Part shown: one piece after another, positions 11,971-23,027 of the stretch
Position numbering within the stretch: the stretch's first letter is position 1
Layout: each line of letters opens with the position of its first letter
Source of the DNA: Hyphochytrium catenoides
Taxonomy: Eukaryota > Protista > Hyphochytriomycota
Reading direction: 5' to 3'
Assembly (NCBI GenBank): GCA_900088475.1
Contig: FLMG01004490.1
Span: 1 to 39,144, forward strand
DNA length: 39,144 bases
Made by a program: the position numbers and the translations under genes
Notes under the pieces: generated by a model
What the model saw: the letters and a program-made list of their open reading frames with translations, nothing else
Databases searched by the model: none
Told to the model about the DNA's origin: nothing

Positions 11971-14029
11971 ATGACGCTGTTGATAGACGGCGTCCCGGAG
12001 GGTGGAGATGTCCTTCGCATCCTTGCGATAGTCCTGGCTCTTTATCTGCTCTATCATGCGAGTTGGACTTATCATGTCATCAGGACCCTGCCCAGAGATC
12101 TCAGGTAAGCTTAGTACCCGTCGATGCGCTGATGAGCCTTCGTTGGTCCTATCGTCATTGCCGTCCTAACCCCTGGGTGCGCCTTTCTTTGGCTCACCAT
12201 GGCGTTCCGCAGCGCCTTAATGACCTTCATCCATGTCACGGTCTCCATGAAACTCTTGGCGCGCCAGGGAAAAACAGTGCCGGAGCTCTTCGATGAGACG
12301 GCAGCCCGTCGGAAGGACGCGACCGCGATTATATTTGAAGATCAGCGCTGGACGTTCACGCAACTGCGGGATCGGACCAACGCCGTGGCGAACTACTTCA
12401 GCCGACAGGTAGCCCCTCCCTTGAGCTCTATGTTGGGAAGCCTCTAACAGCCTTGGGTACGTGTTGCAGGGCTATAAGAAAGGCGACGTCGTCTCGCTGT
12501 TTATGGACCAGCGCCCCGAGTTTATTGCCTTCTGGTTAGGCCTTGCAAAGCTGGGAGTCCAGGTTGCGCTGATCAACTTTAACCTCCGCGGCGCCCCTCT
12601 TCGGCACTGCATCAGCACTGTGAGCTCCAGAGCCATTATCGTCGGAAGCGAGCTCTCTTCTTACCTAAAGGAGGTGCAAGGAGAGCTTGAAGGTGTGGAG
12701 GAGGTCTTTATCTCTGGTGGAAAGCAGGAAGGGTACAGAGCTGTGGACGAGGTGCTGAGTGCCGAGAGCACAGCGCCTGACTATCCGCGACACCCTGGTG
12801 ATTTCCACGAGAAGCTGCTCTTTATCTTCACAAGTGGGACCACGGGCCTGCCCAAGGCCGCCATCGTCCGCAACGACCGGTTTTATTATCAGTTCAAAGC
12901 CATCAACGTCTTTTTCCGCATCCGCCCCGCGGACATTATCTACGTGACTCTGCCCATCTACCATAGCGCAGGCGGAGTGGTTGGCGTGGGCAACATGCTC
13001 CTGGCGGGGGCCACGATTGTCCTCAAGAAGAAATTCTCCGCCAGTAACTTCTTCAAGGACTGCACAGAGCACAAATGCACTGTCATCCAGTACATCGGAG
13101 AGATCGTGCGCTACCTCAACTCCACGGCGCCATCGCCGTACGATACAGCGCATAACGTGCGGGTGGCCATAGGGAATGGTCTCAATGGCAAGGTTTGGGC
13201 GGAGTTCCAGGAGCGCTTCCACATCCCACAAGTAGGAGAGTTCTATGGGGCGACGGAGGGCAACACAAGCATGGTAAACAGCGTCAACAGAACCGGCGCT
13301 TGCGGCTTCAACTCCATCTTCCTACCTTTCGTCTACCCAGTACGTACCGTGCGCTTTGACGTGGAAAATGAAGAGCTAATCCGCGATAAGAGGGGATTTT
13401 GCATTCCATGCCGTCCAGGTGAGATTGGAGAGCTTATCGGCTATGTCAACATGAAGAGCCCGCTTCGTAAGTACGATGGCTACGTAGGCCAAGAGCATAC
13501 ACAGAAGAAGATTGCACGGGACGTCTTTCGCAAGGGTGACATCTGGTTCCGCACTGGAGACCTGCTGATGATGGATGCAGACGGCTTCTACTATTTTAAG
13601 GACAGGATTGGGGACACTTTCAGGTGGAGGGGGGAGAATGTCTCGACTGCAGAAGTGGAGGAGGTCGTAGCCAGAGTTTTGAATAATAGCACACCTGTGG
13701 CCGTCTATGGCGTCCAAGTACCTGGCAGTGACGGCCGGGGCGGGATGTTGGCCATTGGCGGGGGTGAGGAGGAGCAAGTGGAGGGGTTGTACGAGAAGCT
13801 GAAGAGTCAGCTTCCTTCCTACGCCGTCCCACTCTTTATCCGGCTCCTGCAGTCGATGGAGACTACAGGGACTCACAAGATCGTCAAAACAACGCTGAAG
13901 CAGGAGGAGTTCCATCCCGCGCGTGTTGGCAAGGACCCGGTGCTGGTCCTGGACAGGAAAGAGGGCAAATACGTGCCTCTCGATGCCGCGCGGTACCAGC
14001 AGATTATGGCAGAGCAATGGAGGTTCTAG
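11971..14029 (+). CDS. FATP: Long-chain fatty acid transport protein / very-long-chain acyl-CoA synthetase (SLC27/FATP, FAT1 family); exons 11971-12104, 12213-12408, 12470-14029
   Basis: N-terminal TM then TLPRDL; AMP-binding FIFTSGTTGLPKAA; EFYGATEG; FATP motif DVFRKGDIWFRTGDLL...FKDRIGDTFRWRGENVSTAEVE. Confidence 0.95.
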
Positions 14030-14366
14030 CCTCTTAACGCACCAGAAGAGGTAGGAAGGGCTCTCTGCCTGAACTAGGAGTTGGCTTTCAAAAAGAGATG
14101 AAGGAGAGGAACAACGAGGAGAGAGGGAGACAGGAAAGGTAACGGCGTGCGAGCCAAGGAACTGAACATATTCTTATTATATAAAATGAGTTCGACGGGA
14201 TAGGGGAGCACGGTCTAGTGTAGCACTGTGTAGGCAGCCTCATCTGGAGGTCCAGAGCCAAATGCTAGTGCTATTCAAGGATCAGGGGCTGTCGCTAATG
14301 GAGAAAGAGACGGTGAAAAAGTGTTAGAGTGGTAGCGGAGAAGTCAGCGAGTCACTCGGTGTGGAT

Positions 14367-17300
14367 CTACGTGAAATAGTCGTTGAAGTTCAGTTGGCAG
14401 AGCGCCTCACTCAGGTACTGGGCGGCTTTGGTCCTGGCCATGGCTGTCAATATGATGATTACGTATCGATTCGCCTTCATAAACTCGTCTGCCGTGTCTT
14501 GAGCTAGTGCGAGGTGCCGTGAGCGCTCCTGCTCCGTCATTCTGAGACCTGAAGGTGAAAGTAACACCGAGATCGTGAGATAAGGCAGAAATGGAAAGAC
14601 TTTAAGGCAAGGGTGAACAGAATGGCATAGAGGACTCTAGGCAATCGGGAACTTGGCCGCAGATCATGCAGCAAGCACGAGAGGTTCAATGGTTTGGTTA
14701 GCGGACCTGACCTACCTTGACTGAGGTAGAGGGCAAGCTCCTGCCTAAACTTGATAGCAAGGTTCATCATGTCCCTGAGGTAGTGGAGCACCATCTTACT
14801 CCGCGGTACCAGGAAACAGCGCTCGAGAATAAGCTCTAGATACTCCTCATGGGCTCTCTTCAGGGCCTCCACTGTATCTGCTGCCTCTAATGCGGCCTCC
14901 AGTCGCTTCCAAGCGGTGTGAAGGACCTGGTTGAGCAGAAACGACTGCAACCCGCTGAGGAAGTGGAGAATTTGGCTTACTACGGCTAAGAGCCTATATC
15001 AGCAGGGCGAGACGAGATCTCAGTACAATAACAATGATTATCCGGAAGACGAGAACGTGAGATAGACACCACAGAGAGGAAGAGCAAAAGATGATCGGAA
15101 GGGCGCAGCTAGGTGGAATCTGGGAAAGGATTGTCCAGAGGGAAAGATCTACATGCCTGCGATGGGAAGGTGAAAGCACAAGCTTCTTCCTCGCCTCCAA
15201 GTGTAATTGATCGTACAGAGAGCGGACCCGCTTGACCTGCAGGAGGAGACGCATCGCGCTGTTATACTGCCGGAGAGACTCCTCGCTCAGGATCATCCTA
15301 AGAGGTCCTTCTACAACGTACTCAAACCGCAGCAGGGCCATGATGTTCACGTCTGAAGGGGGGCAGCGGGCGCCGGACTCTTCAACAGTGACTGAGAACC
15401 TATCAAACATCTGCCGGACGTGCTCGGGGTCCACCGAACGGTTGCGTTCCCTTTCAGCTAGACAGATGCTGCCATAGATTTGGCTGGTCAGTGTCTGAGA
15501 GAGAGAGGCACTCAACAGGTGATTCAGGACAAAGGAGTCCGCCCAAGAAACATCTCCGCTGTTAAGTCTGACGCAAACAAAGCGGACCAACGGCCCTAGC
15601 AACTCCTCGTCCGCCATGAAGAAAAATGACCGCATAGCTCTTAAGTGCGCTGCAAGCTGCAGACGGAGGAGGAACGAATCCCTCAGAGCTCTGTCTACTA
15701 GCTGGTAGTGATTCAGTACTGGTTGGCACAGCTGCTGGTCAAGCACGCGGGGCCATGAGGCCGTAGGGTCACCTAGCGCAGCCATCACACGGTCCGGCCA
15801 GCCTTCAAAAGTAAATAGCGTGTGATTGTCGGAACTGCCGCTTGAGAAGACGTGCCGCAGAAGATGCGCCTTCACCCCTACTTCATACAGGACCGGCGCG
15901 AGGTCAAGGAGGAAGGCTGGTATCGCCGCTTGATGTATGCCGAACTTGCTATCGCTCCTCCCTTCTTCAGCTGAGGTCAGAAGTGCGTCAACCTTGTGGA
16001 TGAATATCTCTCCATTGAGATCCAGTAACTCCCCTCTCCGGATCCAGGGTTCGAAGATCTGGAGGTAGCAGGCTAAAGACTCTGAGAACACAGCAGCAAG
16101 CCGCTGGGATGGTGAACGCAACCTCTCAGACCCCGTGAAGGTTTCTTGGGCTCCTTTCCCAGCTAAGGTCCTGTGAAGAGACGTAAGGAGAGTCGCAGTC
16201 TGAGTCCTGCAGCCGTGTCCGTCCGAATCCCCTGATGTTAGGACGTGGCACTCCATAGCGCTACGAGCCACCCTACTTAGGGCTGCGAAGGTGTCCAAGT
16301 CTTGCTCCAGCAGTGACAAGAGCTCCAGCACTGACATTTCCCCATCGGCACTCAAGTCCAGGAGCCGTTCCTCAAACTCCTCTACTAGACTGGACAATGC
16401 GCCACTCATTGCCCTCACGGTGGAGGAACCTCTGCCCTCATTAGCCAGCTCAGCACAGGAAAGTACAAAGTCTCTGCACGGCTGCAGATAGTTCGCCAAC
16501 TCCAAGAAGCGCTGGAGCACCTCAGAGCAAAGCGATGGCGAAAGTCCGGCGAAGGCGATCGCTCCAAGCTGCTCCTTCCTCTTGAACCAGCGATAACCTT
16601 GTGAAGCAGTATCTTCCTCAAAGATGACGGCCGGGAAACCTCGAAGAAGCCAGTGCAGAAGCTGTACCATCCGTACCTCTGGGAAGATCTTACAGGGCAA
16701 ACATAGGCCAAGGGACTGAGAGGGATCACTAAGAGGGCTGGCGGGACGAAGAGTCTCCTGCCAAAGCCGCCGCTCGTCTCCAAAGCCAAAGGAAAGCCCG
16801 GTCACCTCTTCAAGTGTCATTTGTTTTAGCTGTGCACTTAACTCTGGAAGGGTCGGGCTTGTCTCGACCTCCTCGTCATGTCCAGCAGCGCCATCTTGGC
16901 TGCGAGGCTCAATGGGAACAGGTAGATCCTCAACTGGCGGGTCCTCATGATCCGAGAGGCCCGAGTGCTCCCAAGTGGATGTGCTGTCTGAGCCGCAGCT
17001 GTCCTCCGACGATAGGTTCTGTTCCTCATCCAGAGCTTGTGGCTTCTCTTCAGCAATGAGCGTCCCATCGGTGAGCTCGAGCTCAAACTCGTCGAAGGGC
17101 TCCGAGAGCGATGTGGGCCGATCCGAAAGCAGGAGTAACAACCGGAGGATGTCCTAGAGGACCAAGACCGGTAAGAAAGGACGGTCATTGGCCACGAAGA
17201 GTAGTGATCTTGGCCCGAAGACACTGTTAACGCGGTGAAACTTACGTGTGCGAAGGGATCTTTGGGTCCGACCCGCTTCAATAAGACTTCCACCTTGGCC

Positions 17301-17711
17301 CATAAGCGCATGGCCAGCGTAGGCTAGAGGCAGCAGGTTAGCAGTGGAAAGGCTTTAGGGAGTGAAGAGGAACTCGTGTCACGCCCTGTTAATCGGCTCA
17401 GCGACGGAGATCTTACCTTCGCATGGTACTGGAGTTTGTCCACAATCCTGCCGGGAAATCAATCTGTGAGCATCATCTCAGAGGAAGACAGTCTATCTCA
17501 CGCTCGCTCGTGGTACTTACCCTTGCACCTCGCGGATCACTTCCAACTCATTGGTGGCTGGATAGCGGTCATCGAGGATGTTGCCGGAGACAAAAGCTGC
17601 GGCATAATCGAAGTCTTCTTTATCGATGTCTGAGGGTAAGAGTCGCGACACTAGAGCCTCGCTCAGGCGCTGGCGCTCAGCGGCGAGCTCTTTATAAAAG
17701 TCTGAAGCCAT
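14367..17711 (-). CDS. TUBGCP5: Gamma-tubulin complex component, GCP5-like; exons 17711-17521, 17447-17417, 17323-17246, 17153-15157, 14993-14716, 14548-14367
   Basis: GCP5-like N-terminus (RYPATNELEVIREVQGIVDKLQYH; LLLLLSDRPT) and acidic linker. GRIP motifs WIRRGELLDLNGEIFI, LAAHLRAMRSFFFM, YVVEGPLRMILSEESLRQYNSAMRLLLQVK, HEEYLELILERCFL and terminal LNFNDYF. The GCP5 subfamily call is from recalled similarity. Confidence 0.82.
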
Positions 17712-18221
17712 CCTCTCCTTCTTGCGCTAGCAACGACCGTCTACGCTCTTGTACACAAGGGAGACATGCTATTGCCACCTCCCGTCCGGAGTTGGACACC
17801 GGCTTTCAAGAGCATTCTAACTCCTGAATGTATGCCTTGGCCCCTCGCCGCTTGAGTCTCCATATAACAGAAAGGGATGGTGTCCTTAGTCTCAGGAGGC
17901 AACGTATGACAGTCTAAGAGGCGCGCCGTCTGATTCTCCAGCTCCTACTAAGTCCATGACAGGCTGAGTGACTACTTAGCTTCCTATTGCTAGGATCTTC
18001 CCCGTCCTCTCTTCTGCCTCTCCACTATGTTCTCTGATCTGCCCGGCGCTCTGTGTCTGTCTCGCTCTCCCTCTTCCGCCTGTGGGGCGGCGCTCATCGT
18101 CTCATCCTCGCCTCCCTCCCTGCCTCCGCTCCCTCTCTTGGTCCTTTCTCCTTCCTCCTTTCTCACTTCTCACACAAGCGCTGGGGCCTTTCGGCTTTCC
18201 CGCCGCTAACAATTCCAAATA

Positions 18222-18579
18222 GAATTCGGACATGGCTTGCCCTCCGTGGTACTTTCGAAGGAATATCAAAGGTGAGCCAAATTCTTGACCTTCCATCCAG
18301 GATATTCGTTATTGTAGCCTTTGATTTCGTTCATTATGGTTGCTAATATCGGTGAGCTTTATTTATTCTCGGGTTGGCTCAGATCATACCATGGCCCTGC
18401 TGTCTCTGGGACAGAAAGGAACTTACAGAGACGGCGGCACCGTCCCCAGCCTGACGCCGCATTATCCGAGGCAAAGAGAGCAAGGTCCTGCAGGGAAGGT
18501 GGCTGTCCAACCCGGCGCTGCAGCCTCCCAGCCCATTGAAGATCTGTTCAGCCCGGTACTCCAGCTGCAAGCTCTCTAG
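18222..18579 (+). other. Possible small spliced transcript, reading frame unresolved
   Basis: Branch-point-like GCTAAC plus AG at 18222, donor AAG|GTGAG at about 18292 and acceptor CAG at about 18382. No recognisable protein motif. Confidence 0.2.
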
Positions 18580-18843
18580 AAGGTCGCTCTACCGGCTAGG
18601 AAAGGAGTGACAGCGAGGAAGGTATGCGTTCTCTCGAGCTCGGGGTAATGAGAGGGCAAGGAGACATATGAGACATCGGTAACAGCCGCTTGCAGCACAG
18701 CAGGCAGGTGCCTGCTGGAATGGCTACCGTCCAGCCTTGATAGTGGTACAAAGATAAATAATAAATTAAAGGCTAAGAGGGACTGTGACTGCCCCACGGT
18801 TATCCCTAACGGCCCAGGCGGCAAGACACCTAGCAATGTATGA

Positions 18844-21800
18844 CTAGAAGAAATCCGCCGCGCGCTTGCGACTCCCCTTCGAACTGGTTCCGTTCACTGA
18901 GGGAGACGGAGTGCTGGCCTTTGACATGCCCTTTAAGTCCTTTCCCTTACTTTTTTTAAGCTCCGGTGTGCCGCTGTCACCTGAGCTGTACTTTAGCACT
19001 CCTTTCACCGGCGTAGCCTTCTCTCCGTCCAGAGAGGTTCTGGGAGACATTTTCAGCCGCTTGACAGAGGCAGTGTAGGCTGGACAGAAGAAGAAGAGAG
19101 GAGGAGAAAAATGCAGAGAGCAGAAGATAAAGAGGGGACAGGAGTCCAGTCAGGTCTTGAGAGTCCACGTTTGTCTCAGTGTCTGTGAGGCCTACCAAGC
19201 GCTTCATTCTTGTTGGAGAACTTGACTCGTTTGACGGCACTGCCCTTCAGAGGCTCCTGAGACGGCTTCTGAGAGGCTTTGGACGGCTTCTTAGCTGGGT
19301 TCTTCTTCATGGCAACTCGGCTGCAGTGCCGGCAATGGGTGGACGACGGTGGAATTAATCCTTTTCCCCAGCCTTTACAGCCCTGACACCGAGGGTAGCG
19401 CTGCTTCCCTTTCACCACTGGGAGACGGAGAAAGTTAGTGCTTGTGACAGAAGGTGTGCTTGTGATGACAAGAGCAAGAACGAGAGAGACAGCAGGGAAG
19501 GGGCCCTTACCGAACTCTATCGTAGACTTCGCAGTCTCCCCAGCGCTCTTTTCCTTCGTTGCTTGTTCCATCTTTGTTCCCTCGGTCTTATCCTTCAGAT
19601 TCAGCTTTCCTCCGCTCTTCTTCTTTGTCTTCTCAGCCTGCTGGTCCTGCTTAGCCTGCTGGGGGGCCTTGTTCAGTGTCTTAGCTTCTTTCTTAGCCTG
19701 CTCCTCCTTGCTCTTCTCGGATGTCAGCGTCTTAACCTTGCTTGTTTTTCCGTCTTTCTGCTTGCTCGCTATTGCCTGACTCTTCTTGCTTTCTTCTGCT
19801 TTTCCCTCCTTCTGGGCTTCTTTCTGTTTTTTGGACTCTGGTTTGCTATCTTTCGCGTCGGGCGCCGTCTTGCTCTCTTCTTTCTCAGTGCTATCCTTTC
19901 CTTGTTCCCTTTGAACTTCCACCTTCTGAGCCTTTGACTTCTTCTCCTTTTTCAAGGTAGTGCCCGTCTCGGGCCCAGCACCACTCTGCTGCTGCTTCTC
20001 TGTTTCAGACACTTCATCTACTAGCTTCCGCTTCTTGCCTTTCCCTGGCTTGTTGGCCTCAGCAGCACTTTTATCGGACGCTGTGGAGCCGTTTCCTTGT
20101 CCCGTCAGGCCAGTGTCCTTCTTCTCGTCGTGTTTCTCCGCCGTTCTGGGTTTCACTGCCTCTGCCTTGGTCTTTTTAGTTTTCTTCTTTGGAGGCTCTG
20201 TCACCTCCTCGGGCTGTTTACTTCCTTGAATTTCCTCCTCTTCTTGATCTCCCTTCGCCTCGGACGCGTCGGGCTGCGAAGTAACCTTCTTGCCTACCAG
20301 CTTTGCAAGCTTGAGCACCCTCGCCCGACACTTGTCCACGAGTCCTCTTCTCAATGGGAATGGTAAGATAGAGGAGAGTGAGGGCAAGATAATTCCATGT
20401 TAGTCCTTCTCGTCTTTCCGACGGCAAGGGAGAGAGCGCCACTCTTACTCTTGGGAGCCGAGCTCAATCAAATAGTCTCGCCAAACAGACAGATCCACGC
20501 GAGGGAAGCCGCTCTGGCTCGACCCTTCTTCTTCTTCTTTGTCGGTCTCGGGTTCACTCTCCTCTAAAGCCCCGAACTTGTACTTATCCAACATTCCCCT
20601 GGAAAATGAGAGAACCAAACGACAAGCGTCAGAAAGAAACGAGAATTGAAGAGAGGACAATCGTATCCGAGGGTGATCTTGAAAGATTGAGAGAAGAACA
20701 GAAAGAGAAATGGACGTAGATTGTTACCTTAGGACTTCATGTCCCACTCTTCGGTACACGACATCCTCTGTTGAGATGGCAATTGTGCGGGCAAAAGGAG
20801 CAAGAAGGGTCTTAAACGTCTCGGATCCGACCTGTGTACCAGACAAGAAGCGCTCATTAAAGGGTGTTGCCAACGAAACCAGTTAGAGAAATGCTCAGAG
20901 ACCAGCAGTGGCAAGGGCATGGGGCGACGAAGAGCGTGAGGGCGAGAGCTAAGCTCCCCTAGAGCCATACAAGAGTAAAGGCTACTAACTTATAGCTGTA
21001 CACCTTTTCTCTTACCTCTCTCCCTGCGGCGGACTCGAGCTCTGTCATGAAGATGTCGGCGATGTGGAAGCGAAGGCCATTGGGATCTGAATGCAGAGCC
21101 TCCTCATAGACGGAGGCAAATCTGTGCATTGTGAAAGGTTAGGCTCAGCAAATAGGAGAGCAAGAGACAGAAGAGATTCGAGAGAGAAGGAGAGACTGTC
21201 TGCAGCCCTACTCAACGCCATCGTCATTTGGAAGAGGCGAGACGCTAGCGAGGCGGCAATTGAATCTTGCACTATCACGATGTCGCGGACCAGCATTCCA
21301 GAGCTGGCCGGACTGACGTACGATAGTGCGGGAAAGCGGGCGAATGCTGATTGAGGAACAAACAGTCGAGGAGTAGAGTCAACTAGAGGCAAGATAGAGG
21401 GGCGCCACGGAGGGGAGAGGGAGACAGAGAGAGCAAGAACCTTTCGACCAGGTCTTTCTTCATCTCCTTGTTCTTGAGGTAGAGGAAAGCCTGATGGAAT
21501 GCCTTTCGAACCAAAGAATAGAACTTATCTAGCCTGCGGAAGGATAGAGAAACAGAAAGAGAGAGAGAGACCGCGCAAGATAGCGTTAGACGACAATCCA
21601 AAGGATGTACTCACTTCTAGAAGCAAGGTGTCAGCATTTACATAAGGAAGAAGGAGCCTGATAGTAAGATAGGCACATACAGAGCCAAGATGACGGACGA
21701 TAAGACAGGCAAATGTGTGTGTGAAAGAGAGAGAGAGAGAGAGGGAGAAGAGGCAAAGAGAGTTTAGAAAGCGCGAATACGTTTCCCTTACCGATGCTTA

Positions 21801-22141
21801 TCCAGGCCCAGCCACTCTCTTTTCATTGTCCTCAGGAAGCACTGGAAGTACAGCAATGCGCTCTCCTCAGTGGGAAAGATATGGATCAGAGCGGCAAGGT
21901 TCTCGGCCAACTCCTGCTGAACAGGAACCTTGTCTGACATCCACATGCAATAAAACAGGCCTTTCCAGATCTTCATCAGGTCCAAGTCGGTCAAAGCCGA
22001 GCGCCTGCTCAGCCAGCGGCGCAGGGCCTTTACAGCTTTATCTCGTACTCTTTTGTCCACGTGCGCCATCTTCCGGCCAAAATTGAAGGTCGAAGTTGTC
22101 TCTTCGGCCATCTGGGCCGCGTCCAGACTGACCGAACTCAT
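18844..22141 (-). CDS. RRP1: Ribosomal RNA processing protein RRP1/Nop52, RRP1B-like; about 8 exons
   Basis: Nop52 motifs KIWKGLFYCMWMSDKVPVQQELA, REWLGLDKHRLDKFYSLVR and GLRFHIADIFMTEL. Lys/Glu-rich linker, RVxF motif KRVKF, PVKGVLK, and C-terminal RAADFF* as in RRP1B. Confidence 0.92.
21194..21332 (-). ncRNA. Candidate intronic box H/ACA snoRNA in RRP1 intron 2
   Basis: Hairpin 1 (GCACTATC/GATAGTGC, GGCCAGC/GCTGGTC), hinge with imperfect H box AGATTC, hairpin 2 (GCGTC/GGCGT upper stem), then ACA plus 3 nt; about 138 nt. Confidence 0.6.
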
Positions 22142-22699
22142 TGTTCTAGGTAGGAGGCGGCGAGTGCTGGCGGGCTCCTGCCTTGCTAACTAGCGAGTGT
22201 GTCCTAGTCGATGGCAGTCTGTCAGGTGGAAGGCGTGATCAGCATTCTTCGTCGTGGTCCCTGTCTGGCGTGCGCCACTCTGTGGCGGTCAATTGGTCAA
22301 TGCAGCCAGAGGCTGGAGAGGGAAGGAGTGATGGCAGTGGCAGAGCACAGAGTGACTTGGCTCTTCCCTTCTCTTGGATGTAGGGTGAGACAGAGTCAGT
22401 CCTAGATGCGGAATTGAGCTGTTTGATCATGGGGGGAGGGAGAGACAGAGCGAACAGATAGGTAAATAGAGGGGTCGAGAGAGGAAGGGTCAGAACCCAA
22501 CAGCAAATGAATGGCGAGGGAGGAACAATCTCAAAAGCTTCTTTGCAGCGCGAAATATTCCCAGACTGGTGGCCTGAACATTAGCTGAGGCGCTGCTGTA
22601 GGGACGCAAGAAATAAATTTGACCGAAATATTGTAAAATACCACTCCTGGAGTATTTCTGAATCTGGGGAGGCTCCGAGGGATTATGAGACAAGAGGTG

Positions 22700-22815
22700 C
22701 TCTTTCTCTCCCCTCTCTCTCTGTCTCTCTTTCTGTCTCTCTCTCTCTCTTAAGGTCTCTGTCTCTGTCTCTCTCCCTCTCTTCTGCTCTGTACTTCATT
22801 CTCTCTCTCTTTTTC
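22700..22815. repeat. CT-rich microsatellite in the divergent intergenic region between RRP1 and the next gene
   Basis: Interrupted (CT)n/(CTCTGT)n run seen directly. Confidence 0.9.
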
Positions 22816-23027
22816 TCGTCATTTTTCTCGTTCTTTGTCTTGCCTCTTCTGCTGCTGCAGCAGGTTGGAGGAAGGAATCTCCCCGGCCTCTGTCCTCGCT
22901 GTGGAGGAAAGAAGGGGCCACCACGATAGGAGGATAGCGAGGAGGATACCGGAGAGGAGAGAAGCGCTCGCGCTGCGTGAAGCAGAGGAAGAAACTGCAG
23001 AGGACCTGAAGAGATCAGCAGCATAAG

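Noticed and set aside
12665-14017. Long antisense ORFs over FATP, and similar ones over RRP1, GCP5 and the receptor gene
   Set aside because: Shadow ORFs of GC-rich coding sequence with no recognisable motifs.
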